Shown here one piece after another: positions 10,307-20,368 of a stretch of 45,793 nt of DNA; position 1 is the stretch's first letter; each line of letters begins with the position of its first letter. Origin of the DNA: Boseongicola sp. (GTDB taxonomy: Bacteria > Pseudomonadota > Alphaproteobacteria > Rhodobacterales > Rhodobacteraceae); contig JABDQU010000122.1 of the NCBI GenBank assembly GCA_013042105.1, positions 1-45,793 of the forward strand, given 5' to 3'. The notes beneath the pieces are model-generated. The model made no database searches. It was not told the DNA's origin and saw only the letters and a program-made list of their open reading frames with translations. The position numbers were made by a program, and so were the translations under genes.

Positions 10307-10573
10307 TCAGCTCGACTGCTCGGCAACGAGCGCCTCGACGGCCGCGACAATGGAAGCGACCGAAGATATATCGAAGGCGGACTTGTCAGGTTCGTTTGCA
10401 TTGAACGGAACAGAAATATCGAATTCCTCTTCAATGGCAAAAATCGCTTCAACCAAAGCCATGCTGTCGAGACTAAGGTCTTCCAGCGTTTGATCCATGG
10501 CGATATCGGATGGCTCAAGCAACGCCTGCTCAGCCACAATCCGCACCACTCTGTCTCTCACACTTTCAGCCAT
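10307..10573 (-). CDS. Acyl carrier protein (NodF/secondary ACP-like)
   Basis: LDSMALVE phosphopantetheine site, acidic 88 aa, abuts the KAS gene. Confidence 0.9.
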   Translation of the reverse strand: MAESVRDRVVRIVAEQALLEPSDIAMDQTLEDLSLDSMALVEAIFAIEEEFDISVPFNANEPDKSAFDISSVASIVAAVEALVAEQSS

Positions 10574-10604
10574 CGTTATCTGTCCTGTTTAACTTGCGGG
10601 TTAT

Positions 10605-11696
10605 TTAGTCATCCTTGTCATCGCTTAAAACCGCTTTCTTCAAAGCCCTGACGTCATCCATCATCCTTGGCAACCGCCGCCAGTTGCGCCCCGCTTCCAG
10701 ATATTGCTCCATCTTCATGGCCGGATACCCCAGCATCACACGTCCTGCAGGGACCTTTGACATGATCTTGGTGGCCCCACCGGCCACCACGTCATCACCA
10801 ACAAAAATATTATCCGAAACGCCAACCTGACCACCAAGTACAACCCGGTCACCGATTTTGGTCGAACCGGCGATGCCAACCTGACCGCACAAAAGCGTAT
10901 CCTCGCCAACCGAGACATTGTGACCAAGGTGGACAAGATTATCGAGCTTCGTGCGATCACCTATAGATGTTGCCCGGATGGTGCCGCGATCGATCGTCGA
11001 GTTGGCTCCGATTTCGACATCATCGCCAATCTGCACCGAGCCAATCGAGTAGATGCGAGTCCAACTTGCATTGACCGCAGCCGTCTCAGCCCCAAGCGAA
11101 GCGCGCGCCTCTTCTACCCGGCTTTTCTCTGGCGTGACAAAACTGAACCCATCCGCGCCAATCACCGCGCCCGGTTGGCAGATGAAGCGATCTCCGATCT
11201 CAACGCGCGCGCCAATCCGAACACCCGCATGGATCAAAGCGTCTGCCCCGATCACACTACCCTCGGCAATGGAAACATGCGACGCAATGCGTGCTCCGCG
11301 ACCAATACGAACGCCGGCACCAATGACGACAAATGGCCCAATGGCTGCGCCATCACCGATCTCAGCACTTGGGTCTACCACTGCAGAAGCATGGATGCCC
11401 GGCGCGATTTCAGGTCCGGGATCCATCAATGCTGTCAATCCGGACATCGCAAATCGCGGACGCGGAACAACCAAAGCCGCCTCCAATCCCAACGTTTGCC
11501 AATCCGCGCCATCCCAAAGGATCGCCGCCCGCGCGGCTCCCAAAGCAAGACCCTCGGCATATTTCGGATCCATTGCCAGTGCGAGGTCGTCCGGCCCCGC
11601 AGAGGCAGGTTCTGCCGCGCCGGTAATCACGATGTCGCCGTCGCCAAAGACCTCTGCCTTCAGCGCGGCAGCGACGTCAAAAACAGTGAAGCTCAT
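10605..11696 (-). CDS. lpxD: UDP-3-O-acylglucosamine N-acyltransferase
   Basis: Hexapeptide repeats, [31 protein letters not shown]. Confidence 0.93.
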   Translation of the reverse strand: MSFTVFDVAAALKAEVFGDGDIVITGAAEPASAGPDDLALAMDPKYAEGLALGAARAAILWDGADWQTLGLEAALVVPRPRFAMSGLTALMDPGPEIAPGIHASAVVDPSAEIGDGAAIGPFVVIGAGVRIGRGARIASHVSIAEGSVIGADALIHAGVRIGARVEIGDRFICQPGAVIGADGFSFVTPEKSRVEEARASLGAETAAVNASWTRIYSIGSVQIGDDVEIGANSTIDRGTIRATSIGDRTKLDNLVHLGHNVSVGEDTLLCGQVGIAGSTKIGDRVVLGGQVGVSDNIFVGDDVVAGGATKIMSKVPAGRVMLGYPAMKMEQYLEAGRNWRRLPRMMDDVRALKKAVLSDDKDD

Positions 11697-11721
11697 AGGC
11701 CGCCCCTTTCAGGGCGTAGAC

Positions 11722-13323
11722 CTAGCCGCGTTGCGCGCTCAACACCACCCCGGCGTTGCTCAAAGCACGCCAGATCTTGCTGTCGCGCCCATAGACATCT
11801 CCACGAAACTGGATGTTGCCTTTGGCTTGCGTAAAGGCCGTGCGATACACCAAATGCACAGGAACCGGCTCGTTCAGAGGCACCACCGTTTCCTTGCGGG
11901 TTGCCAGCGTCGACTGAAAGAATCCCTCAGGGTTCCGCTCTTGTTTAGCCAACAAAGCATAAGCGAAATCAAAAGGATCGTTCAGACGCACACATCCATG
12001 GCTGAAGGCACGCTTTTCGCGTCCAAACAGGCTCTTGGCGGGCGTGTCGTGCAAATAGATATTATAGCGGTTTGGAAACATGAACTTTACCAGACCCAAT
12101 GCGTTTCCACGGCTTGGCGGCTCTTTCAGGTCGTAAGGAAAATTCGTCTCGTCGTACTCAGAGAAATCCATCTCTGCGCGAGATACAATCTGACCGCGCA
12201 CATTGATGATATTCAAATTGGAGACCGCAAAAGGATCTTGCTTCAAAAGCGGAAGATATTCCTTTGTCGCGATAGAGCGCGGAACATTCCACGTCGGATT
12301 AACAACCATGTGATCCATCACATCGGAAAACTCAGGCGTGCGGCGCTCAGGGTCGTTGGCCCCGACGACCGACCGCGTCTGAAATGTTATCTTGCCGTTG
12401 TCGACAATACGCGCGTGGAAATCCGTAACATTGACCCAGATATGGCGCTTACCGAGCGGCATATTGATCCAACGCTCACGCTCCATCGCAACGACGATCT
12501 GGCTAAGTCGCGTCGCGGCCGAGGTGTTGATCGCCTGCATGGTGCGCGGTCCCGCGACGCCATCTTGGGCCAGACCATGATCTTTTTGAAACGCCTGCAC
12601 CGCAGCGGCAATGGTGTTGTCGTAAGAACTGGTTGGCGTGCGCTTAAGATAACCCATCGCAATCAAGCGATTGCGAAGCTGTAAAACCGAGTTGTTCGAC
12701 GCACCCGGCTTCAGCGATTTCGCGGCGACCTTGTCCCCCCAACCGCCACGACCGATAAGCTTCTCAAAGCGCATCTTCTCTTTCATCAAACGCGCATATT
12801 CCGCACTCTTCGGCGGCAGAGCCTTCAGGAAACCCTTAGCCGAAGACTTCGAGAACGCCGAAAGCGTCGCTTTGCGCGGACGCAACGGCACTTCGCGCAC
12901 AAGACCCTCGTCAATCCGGCTTGGAATCAAAACGCCTGTCTGAATATCGCGGGCATAGGCCAGAAAAATCCGGCTCAGTTCCACTTCTAATGCGCCACGC
13001 TGACCATCGGTGCGCGCGGCACGCATCATCGCCCTGATCTCATCAGGCTGGTAAAGGGACGCTGGAAGCCCGTGCGTAGACGCGTTGGAAACCGCATCAA
13101 GAAAAGCTTCACGACGCTTCTTGTCGGCGCGTGCCGAACTTGTCCAAATCGGTTTATATCCGGTCTCTTTATAGAAAGCCGCGATATCACGATCACCCGC
13201 CGCTGCTTCGGCAACGGCTTGCTTGAACGCAAGGCTTTGCGCCCCGACCGGCTGTGCCGCAAAAAGAGGCAACAGCAAGAAAGCAAAGAACGTCAAAAAA
13301 GAAAGTCGTCTGATAATCGTCAT
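11722..13323 (-). CDS. ldtD: Murein L,D-transpeptidase (YcbB/LdtD family) with peptidoglycan-binding domain
   Basis: Signal peptide, FQKDHGLAQDGVAG PG-binding domain, NPTWNVP, YLHDTP, FSHGCVR. An alternative TTG start lies at 13335. Confidence 0.88.
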   Translation of the reverse strand: MTIIRRLSFLTFFAFLLLPLFAAQPVGAQSLAFKQAVAEAAAGDRDIAAFYKETGYKPIWTSSARADKKRREAFLDAVSNASTHGLPASLYQPDEIRAMMRAARTDGQRGALEVELSRIFLAYARDIQTGVLIPSRIDEGLVREVPLRPRKATLSAFSKSSAKGFLKALPPKSAEYARLMKEKMRFEKLIGRGGWGDKVAAKSLKPGASNNSVLQLRNRLIAMGYLKRTPTSSYDNTIAAAVQAFQKDHGLAQDGVAGPRTMQAINTSAATRLSQIVVAMERERWINMPLGKRHIWVNVTDFHARIVDNGKITFQTRSVVGANDPERRTPEFSDVMDHMVVNPTWNVPRSIATKEYLPLLKQDPFAVSNLNIINVRGQIVSRAEMDFSEYDETNFPYDLKEPPSRGNALGLVKFMFPNRYNIYLHDTPAKSLFGREKRAFSHGCVRLNDPFDFAYALLAKQERNPEGFFQSTLATRKETVVPLNEPVPVHLVYRTAFTQAKGNIQFRGDVYGRDSKIWRALSNAGVVLSAQRG

Positions 13324-13633
13324 GGCAGCCTTCAATTCACTATTTTTGTAACCGGTTCCCCGCTCCTATCTCCGCAAACACGGCACATTTGTCTATTCAC
13401 AATGCTGAGGACTACCCGCTTTCGGGTGTTTTAGCCCGCCAAAAGCGGCAATTGGGTCACGCAATGAAGATCAAATTGTAAGCAGAATTCCGCCGATTTT
13501 TGCCAATTGTTTCAGATTGCAATGCAACACTGTTTCCACGACGATTCCATCGTGCCATATAACATTTGCCTGGGGATGGGCATTTACCGTCGGCTTGATC
13601 GATGGGACGAAAAACGGGATGCAGTAGGCAGTA

Positions 13634-14203
13634 ATGACAAAGTTTCCTTCGAACGGGTTAACCCGACGCGGATTATTAGGTGCGTTTGCGGCAACCGCCG
13701 TGGCAGCAACACCCACGTATTCGAACGCTTTTGGCTTTTTGCGCGGCGCTGGCGACATCCGTCGTATCCGCCTTCACTCGGGTCGGACCGGTGAAAGCGT
13801 CGACACGATTTACTGGATCGAAGGCGAATACATCCCAGAAGCTCTGGCCGAAGTGAACTATTTCATGCGCGACTGGCGCACCAACGGCACAATCGACATC
13901 GACACACGCACAGTAGACATCATCGCAGCCTCCCACCGCATGTTGGACGCTGATACACCCTTCCTGATGTTGTCCGGCTATCGTTCACCAAAGACCAACG
14001 CTATGTTGCGCTCGCGCTCTGGGTCAGTGGCCCGCAACTCTCTTCACATGCAGGGTCAAGCCGCCGACCTGCGCCTTCATGGCCGGTCAGTCGCGCAGAT
14101 TTCTCGGGCAGCCATCGCATGTTCCGCAGGTGGCGTCGGCAAATACTCACGCTCAAACTTCGTTCACATGGACTGCGGTCCGGTACGGGTCTGGGGCCGC
14201 TAA
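13634..14203 (+). CDS. mepK: YcbK/MepK family (DUF882) murein endopeptidase with Tat signal
   Basis: TRRGLLG Tat motif, SGYRSPKTN, SLHMQGQAAD, FVHMDCG. Confidence 0.88.
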   Translation: MTKFPSNGLTRRGLLGAFAATAVAATPTYSNAFGFLRGAGDIRRIRLHSGRTGESVDTIYWIEGEYIPEALAEVNYFMRDWRTNGTIDIDTRTVDIIAASHRMLDADTPFLMLSGYRSPKTNAMLRSRSGSVARNSLHMQGQAADLRLHGRSVAQISRAAIACSAGGVGKYSRSNFVHMDCGPVRVWGR

Positions 14204-14223
14204 GAAGCCTCGACAGTTTACTG

Positions 14224-14253
14224 AAAGGGTCCGCTTCGTCGGGCCCTTTTCTT
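14224..14253 (+). terminator. Rho-independent terminator after mepK
   Basis: AAAGGGTCCG-CTTCGT-CGGGCCCTTTTCTT hairpin with T-tail. Confidence 0.75.
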
Positions 14254-14349
14254 ATGCGCAGCCCAATAATTCGAATTAGGCGACCACAAATATTGAACGC
14301 TTGCCAAAGCTGTGCTTACGCTTTGAAAACCATTGCGGAGTTCAATCAG

Positions 14350-15591
14350 ATGCCGGCGGAAACCATCAAGCAAAAAGCCGGATACCCAACGGCCCCCAAA
14401 CAGGCATCCTATGACATTGTGATCATCGGGGGCGCGATCATGGGATCGTCTACTGCGTGGTGGCTGACCAGGAATCCGGACTTCAATGGCTCTGTTCTGG
14501 TCGTTGAGCGCGACCCAACCATCGAAAACGCATCGACAGCCCACACCAATTCCTGCATCCGCCAGCAGTTCTCGACGGAACTGAATGTGCGCATTTCCCA
14601 GTTCGGCGCAGATTTCATCAACAACATCCGAGACTACATGGGCGGCGACGAACGTGTTCCCAATCTGAAAATACAATCCTTCGGATATCTTTATCTCGCC
14701 GATACAGAAGCCTTCGCCGACACGCTGCGCTCAAACCAAAAGGTGCAGCACGCGTGCGGGGCTGCGACTGAACTACTGGACGCGGACGCCATCCGGGCGC
14801 GATATCCGTTCTACAACGTCGATGACATCGTTTTGGGCTCCATCAACCGCGTGAATGAAGGGTATTGGGACGGCGCAGCCGTCTTTACCTGGTGGCGCCG
14901 ACAGGCCGTCGAAGGCGGCGTGGATTATATCGGAAATGAGGTCGTCTCGATCAGCAAAGCGCCCAAAGGCAACCGTATCGAAAGCGTGACACTTGCAACC
15001 GGCGAGGTCATTTCCTGTGGTCAGCTTGTGAACGCCTCGGGTCCACGCGGTGCCCGGACGGCGGCAATGGTCGGCATCGACATCCCCGTCGAGCCAAGGA
15101 AACGATATTCCTGGGTCTTCAAGGCCGAAAACCCGATAGATCAGGACTTGCCTCTCACCATTGATCCATCAGGCGTGCACGTGCGGGAAAACGGCGGTGG
15201 CACTTATCAATGCGGCGGACATTCCGACATCGACCCGGCTGTCGCGTTCGACGATTTCCACATGGATCACACGATCTGGCAAGATCACATCTGGCCCACT
15301 CTGGCCACACGCATCCCGCAGTTTGAAGCTATCAAGGTCATCTCGGAATGGGCCGGTCACTATGCCATGAATGTCTTTGATCACAACGCGATCACCGGAC
15401 CGCATCCGGACATCGAAAACTTCATCTTTCTGAACGGCTTTTCGGGCCATGGGTTGCAACAGTCTCCGGCAATGGGACGGGCCACATCCGAGTGGCTGAC
15501 CTATGGCGACTACAGGACGCTCGATTTGAAGCCGTTCCATTTCGACCGTGTCATCGCACAAACCCCGTATCTGGAACGCGCCGTCATTTGA
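14350..15591 (+). CDS. FAD-dependent oxidoreductase (DAO/sarcosine oxidase beta-like)
   Basis: IIGGAIMG Rossmann motif, WAGHY, NGFSGHGLQQSPA. Start placed at ATG 14350. Confidence 0.88.
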   Translation: MPAETIKQKAGYPTAPKQASYDIVIIGGAIMGSSTAWWLTRNPDFNGSVLVVERDPTIENASTAHTNSCIRQQFSTELNVRISQFGADFINNIRDYMGGDERVPNLKIQSFGYLYLADTEAFADTLRSNQKVQHACGAATELLDADAIRARYPFYNVDDIVLGSINRVNEGYWDGAAVFTWWRRQAVEGGVDYIGNEVVSISKAPKGNRIESVTLATGEVISCGQLVNASGPRGARTAAMVGIDIPVEPRKRYSWVFKAENPIDQDLPLTIDPSGVHVRENGGGTYQCGGHSDIDPAVAFDDFHMDHTIWQDHIWPTLATRIPQFEAIKVISEWAGHYAMNVFDHNAITGPHPDIENFIFLNGFSGHGLQQSPAMGRATSEWLTYGDYRTLDLKPFHFDRVIAQTPYLERAVI

Positions 15592-15624
15592 CGAAACAGG
15601 CCAAGACGCAAAAAAGAGATGGCT

Positions 15625-16365
15625 TCAGATAAACGCATCCCAAAGCAGCTTCACCGCGATCACCGCAAGCAAAGCCAAAACCACGCGGTCAAAGGCCTCC
15701 TTTGACAGGCGCCTAGCGATCCAGGCACCGACCGTGATCCCGAAAAACAGCGGGATCACCGCCAAAAGCGCCAGACCAGCCCGCTCCCACGACAAGATAC
15801 CAAGCACGATCAGCGTCGGTATCTGCAAAGACGCCATCGCCAGAAAAAACACCGATATCGTCCCGATGAAATCCACCCGACTGAGGCGCAAGGCATTCAG
15901 GAAAGACACAGACACCGGCGCAGACACGCCTCCTGCGCCTTGCATAAGGCCGCCAACAAACCCGAGCGAAGGCCCGAAGCGACGTCCCTGTTCGCGCGAC
16001 AGGCTCCAGTCAGGGCGCGTCAGGCGCAAAGCGATATAAAGAAACACAATCGCTGCCATCGCAACGGTCAGAACCTCGGTCGGCAAAGTTGCAAGCAGGA
16101 TCGAACCCGGCACCACACCGACGGCTGCGGCAACGGCATGGCTCCAGGCGAACCGCCGGTCGACGATCTCGTTGTAAAATGTCTTGGTTTGCCAGGTGTT
16201 TGAAATAACGTTCAACACGGCAAATATCGCAACCGCCATCGGCACGTCGAAAATAACGGCCAGAACCGGCACTCCCACAACTGGCGCGCCTGCACCTGTC
16301 GCGCCTTTCAGCACGCCTCCAAGTGCAATGCCCAAAAAGGCGAAGATAAGCAAAACCGGCTCCAT
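15625..16365 (-). CDS. Sulfite exporter TauE/SafE family membrane protein
   Basis: 246 aa, highly hydrophobic, with internally repeated GG..KGATGAG / GG..QGAGG motifs. Confidence 0.85.
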   Translation of the reverse strand: MEPVLLIFAFLGIALGGVLKGATGAGAPVVGVPVLAVIFDVPMAVAIFAVLNVISNTWQTKTFYNEIVDRRFAWSHAVAAAVGVVPGSILLATLPTEVLTVAMAAIVFLYIALRLTRPDWSLSREQGRRFGPSLGFVGGLMQGAGGVSAPVSVSFLNALRLSRVDFIGTISVFFLAMASLQIPTLIVLGILSWERAGLALLAVIPLFFGITVGAWIARRLSKEAFDRVVLALLAVIAVKLLWDAFI

Positions 16366-16545
16366 ACTTCCCTATCTATTGCTTTCAATCAAATGTCCGC
16401 CGCAAATCGCTGGAACAGCAAAAAAAGACGCCATATTCTGGTGTAACGCGCCCTTATTCGCACCCTGGTTTTCGACGGCAAAATTTCGTTGGAAGTCACA
16501 TGCCAAATCCAGCAAGTTCGAAATGGAAAAACTAAGGCGACTCAC

Positions 16546-18639
16546 ATGAGCAAACAATCCGTTCGGCTGGGCGTCGACATTGGCGGCACATTTACTGACG
16601 TTGTTCTTGAAGTGAACAATGCGGCATTCTCAACCAAGGTTCTGACCACCTACATTGCCCCTGAGAACGCTATTCTCGAAGGATTGAAACAGGTCTGCGC
16701 CAAGGCCGGTATAACCCCGGGCGACATTGATCAGATCATTCACGGAACGACCCTTGCCACCAATGCCCTCATCGAACGGCGCGGTGCCAAAACGGCCTTC
16801 ATCACAACCGAAGGGTTTCGCGACGTCATCGAGATGCGCACCGAATCCCGGTTCGAGCAGTATGACCTGAACCTCACGCTACCCGAACCCCTGTTGCCCC
16901 GCCAAAGGCGCTACACGGTTCCCGGTCGGATCGATGCCACTGGCGCGGAATTGAAACCACTGGATCGCAAGGACGTCGAGGCGGTTGTCGAGACGATTTG
17001 CGCGGCCGGATATGAGAGCATCGCAGTCGGGCTCATCCATTCCTATCTGAACGATGCGCACGAAACGCTCGTGCGGGACGTCCTGAACGAGAAAATGCCC
17101 CAAGCCATGGTGTCGCTCTCTTGTGAGGTCTCGCCACAAATGCGCGAATACGAACGGTTCAACACCGTCGTGGCCAACGCCTATATCAAGCCTCTGATGA
17201 AGTCGTATCTGGATCGCCTCGAAGATAAACTGCGCGAACAAGGAGTCACTTGTCAGGTCTTTCTGATGCACTCTGGCGGCGGCATCATTTCAATCGAAAG
17301 CGCAGCCGAATTCCCTGTGCGCCTCCTTGAAAGCGGCCCTGCTGGTGGGGCGGTCTTCGCCGCCAACATCGCGGCGCGCTATGGGCTGGACAAAGTGCTG
17401 TCATTTGACATGGGCGGAACGACCGCAAAAATTTGCCTGATCAAAAACCAGACGCCAAAGACGTCCCGTGTCTTTGAAGTTGCACGCACATACCGGTTCA
17501 AGAAAGGATCGGGCATGCCAATCTCGATTCCGGTTATTGATATGGTCGAAATCGGTGCGGGCGGCGGCTCTCTGGCCCACGTTGATAACATGCACCAAAT
17601 CCGTGTCGGCCCTGAAAGCGCAGGCTCGGAACCCGGTCCAGCCTGCTACGCACGCGGCGGCACCAAACCGGCCGTCACAGATGCCGATCTGGTGCTCGGA
17701 CGGCTCGATCCAGACAACTTCGCGGGTGGCAGCATCAAACTCGATCCACGTGCCGCCACGAGCGCTCTCACTGGCACCGTAGGTGAGAAACTTGGCATGG
17801 ACGCCGAAACCTCGGCTTTCGGAATTGCCGAGGTCGTCGACGAGAATATGGCAAACGCCGCGCGGGTCCATGCGGTCGAAAACGGCGAAGACCTTTCGGA
17901 ATATACCATGATTGCTTTCGGCGGCGCTGCCCCGCTCCATGCCGGCCGTCTCTGCGAGAAGCTTGGCATTGACCGCCTTCTCGTCCCACCGGGCGCAGGC
18001 GTCGGCTCGGCGATCGGGTTCCTGCGCGCGCCGTTCAGTTTCGAAGCGAACCGCTCGGTCTACATGAAGCTTGCCAACTTCGACGCCCCCAAAATCGCGC
18101 ACCTTCTGCAAGACTTGCAACGCGAGGCCACGGCCTTTGTGCGCAACTGCGACCCCGACAGTCCGATCCTGTCCGAATTTAAGGTCTATATGCGCTACAC
18201 AGGCCAAGGCTGGGAAATCCCGATAACCCTGTCGCAAGAACAGGCCACGAACCCGGACCAGACCAGCTTTGAGCAGCGCTTCATCGAGGAATACGCAAAG
18301 CTCTTTGGCCGGTCCGTTTCGGGCATGGATATTGAAATCACGGTCTGGTCTGTAAATGCCATGACGCCGCCCGAACCCGTCGAAGCAATTGCTGACGTTA
18401 CCGCAACGGCACCCGCCGTCCCTCAAACCTCCCGAAGGCTGTTCGACCCGACACGTGCAGAATCGGTGACCGCCAGTGTCATCCTGCGCAAAGATATGAA
18501 GGAAGGCGGCTCAGCCAGCGGACCCGCGATCATCACCGAAGATGAGACGACCATCATCGTTCCTTCCAGCCGTATCGCCACCCGACAGGCGGATGGCTGC
18601 ATCGACCTAAGTCTGAAAGGAATGGCCCATGGGGACTGA
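16546..18639 (+). CDS. Hydantoinase A/oxoprolinase alpha subunit (ATP-dependent)
   Basis: DIGGTFTD, HGTTLATNA, ESGPAGG, DMGGTT, GPESAGSEPGPACY, AFGGAAPLH. Confidence 0.92.
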   Translation: MSKQSVRLGVDIGGTFTDVVLEVNNAAFSTKVLTTYIAPENAILEGLKQVCAKAGITPGDIDQIIHGTTLATNALIERRGAKTAFITTEGFRDVIEMRTESRFEQYDLNLTLPEPLLPRQRRYTVPGRIDATGAELKPLDRKDVEAVVETICAAGYESIAVGLIHSYLNDAHETLVRDVLNEKMPQAMVSLSCEVSPQMREYERFNTVVANAYIKPLMKSYLDRLEDKLREQGVTCQVFLMHSGGGIISIESAAEFPVRLLESGPAGGAVFAANIAARYGLDKVLSFDMGGTTAKICLIKNQTPKTSRVFEVARTYRFKKGSGMPISIPVIDMVEIGAGGGSLAHVDNMHQIRVGPESAGSEPGPACYARGGTKPAVTDADLVLGRLDPDNFAGGSIKLDPRAATSALTGTVGEKLGMDAETSAFGIAEVVDENMANAARVHAVENGEDLSEYTMIAFGGAAPLHAGRLCEKLGIDRLLVPPGAGVGSAIGFLRAPFSFEANRSVYMKLANFDAPKIAHLLQDLQREATAFVRNCDPDSPILSEFKVYMRYTGQGWEIPITLSQEQATNPDQTSFEQRFIEEYAKLFGRSVSGMDIEITVWSVNAMTPPEPVEAIADVTATAPAVPQTSRRLFDPTRAESVTASVILRKDMKEGGSASGPAIITEDETTIIVPSSRIATRQADGCIDLSLKGMAHGD

Positions 18640-20338
18640 CAGCAAAACCGTAGCCCACCAGGTTATGTGGAACCGGTTGATCTCGGTCGTGGAAGAACAG
18701 GCCCAGGCCCTGGTGCGCACAGCGTTCTCAACCTCTGTGCGCGAAGCGGGCGACCTGTCAGCCGGTGTCTACGACGTCCAGGGTCAGATGCTGGCACAGG
18801 CGGTCACCGGCACGCCGGGCCATGTGAATGCCATGGCCGACGCTGTTGCCCATTTCATCCGACCGATCGGACGCGACAACATCGCTGAAGGCGACGTCTA
18901 TATCACCAATGATCCTTGGGAAGGCACCGGACACCTTCACGATATCACGATGGTCACGCCGTCGTTTTTCCAAGGCACCCTTGTCGGCTTCTTTGCCTGC
19001 ACCGCCCATATCGTCGACATCGGCGGGCGCGGCTTTGGCGCAGACGCAGCCAGCGTCTATGAAGAGGGTCTCTATATTCCAATCATGAAATTCGCCGACA
19101 AAGGCACCGTCGACGAAACCCTCCTGCGTATTGTGCGCGGCAACGTGCGCGAGCCCGACCAGTTGATCGGCGATATCTATGCACTCGCCACCTGCAATGA
19201 GATCGGTCATCGCAGATTGATCGACATGATGATCGAGTTTGGTCTCGGCGATCTCAACGGCATCGCCGACTTCATCCTCGAAAACTCAAGGCGCGCAACG
19301 CTCGAACGTATCGCCGCCTTGCCCCGAGAGTCCGCAACGGGCGAGATGACAATCGATGGTTTTGATACGCCGATAACGCTGAAAGTCGAAGTCACGGTTC
19401 ACGAAGACCGCATCGTGACCAATTTCGACGGAACCTCCGGCGTCGACAAGAAGGGCATCAACTGCCCGCTCGTCTATACCAAGGCCTATGCTTGCTACGC
19501 CTTAAAGGTCGCGATTGCGCCCGAGATCCCAAACAACGCCGCTTCCCTTGCTCCCTTCGAGGTCGAAGCCCCGGCACACACCATCGTGAACGCCATCCAC
19601 CCTGCACCCGTCGCTTTGCGCCACATCGTTGGCCACTTCGTGCCTGACACGGTTTTCGCAGCCTTCGACAAGATCGTCCCCGGCCTCGTGCCTGCTGAAG
19701 GTGCCGGATGTCTGTGCAACTTTCAGGTGTCCCTGCGCCCCCGCACCGACGCCCCTGCCCCCGCTGACGCACTTCGCTCGGAAGTCCTGACATTCAACTC
19801 CGGCGGCTCCGGCGCACGCCCGGAATATGACGGTCTGAACGCAACCGCTTTTCCATCCGGGGTCATGACAATGCCGGTGGAAGCCACCGAACATGCCGGA
19901 CCGGTGATCATCTGGCGCAAGGAACTTCGCCCCGACAGCGGTGGTGCGGGCAAGCAGCGCGGTGGTCTTGGTCAATTCATGGAAGTTGGCGCACGCGAAG
20001 GCCATGAGTTTGACATCCAGGCGATGTTTGACCGCGTTGACCACCCGGCGCGCGGCCGACGCGGCGGCAAATCAGGCGCTTCAACCACAATCGCCCAGGA
20101 CGATGGCACCGCGATGCGCGGAAAAGGCAAACAATTCGTCCCGCATGGGCGCAAAGTGGTCATGGCCTTCCCCGGAGGCGCTGGCTACGGAACAGCCGGG
20201 GATCGCGATGTAAACGCGGTGAAAAGAGACCTCGCACGCGGATACATATCTGCGCAAACCGCGAAAACCGACTACGGACTGTCCACCGACCAGATCAAAG
20301 ATGTGCTGGCCGCCGCGCAAAAAGGCGACGATATTTAA
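18629..20338 (+). CDS. Hydantoinase B/oxoprolinase beta subunit
   Basis: RTAFSTSVREAGDLS, NDPWEGTGHLHD, HIVDIGG, DSGGAGKQRGG, PGGAGYG. Confidence 0.92.
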   Translation: MGTDSKTVAHQVMWNRLISVVEEQAQALVRTAFSTSVREAGDLSAGVYDVQGQMLAQAVTGTPGHVNAMADAVAHFIRPIGRDNIAEGDVYITNDPWEGTGHLHDITMVTPSFFQGTLVGFFACTAHIVDIGGRGFGADAASVYEEGLYIPIMKFADKGTVDETLLRIVRGNVREPDQLIGDIYALATCNEIGHRRLIDMMIEFGLGDLNGIADFILENSRRATLERIAALPRESATGEMTIDGFDTPITLKVEVTVHEDRIVTNFDGTSGVDKKGINCPLVYTKAYACYALKVAIAPEIPNNAASLAPFEVEAPAHTIVNAIHPAPVALRHIVGHFVPDTVFAAFDKIVPGLVPAEGAGCLCNFQVSLRPRTDAPAPADALRSEVLTFNSGGSGARPEYDGLNATAFPSGVMTMPVEATEHAGPVIIWRKELRPDSGGAGKQRGGLGQFMEVGAREGHEFDIQAMFDRVDHPARGRRGGKSGASTTIAQDDGTAMRGKGKQFVPHGRKVVMAFPGGAGYGTAGDRDVNAVKRDLARGYISAQTAKTDYGLSTDQIKDVLAAAQKGDDI

Positions 20339-20368
20339 GCTTTGCATCAGTCCGAAACGAGCAACGCG

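Noticed and set aside
11053-12684. 543-aa plus-strand ORF, and similar long antisense ORFs such as 24947-26092, 5462-6463 and 17401-18426
   Set aside because: They are shadows of well-supported genes on the opposite strand, carry no motifs, and are expected in GC-rich DNA.
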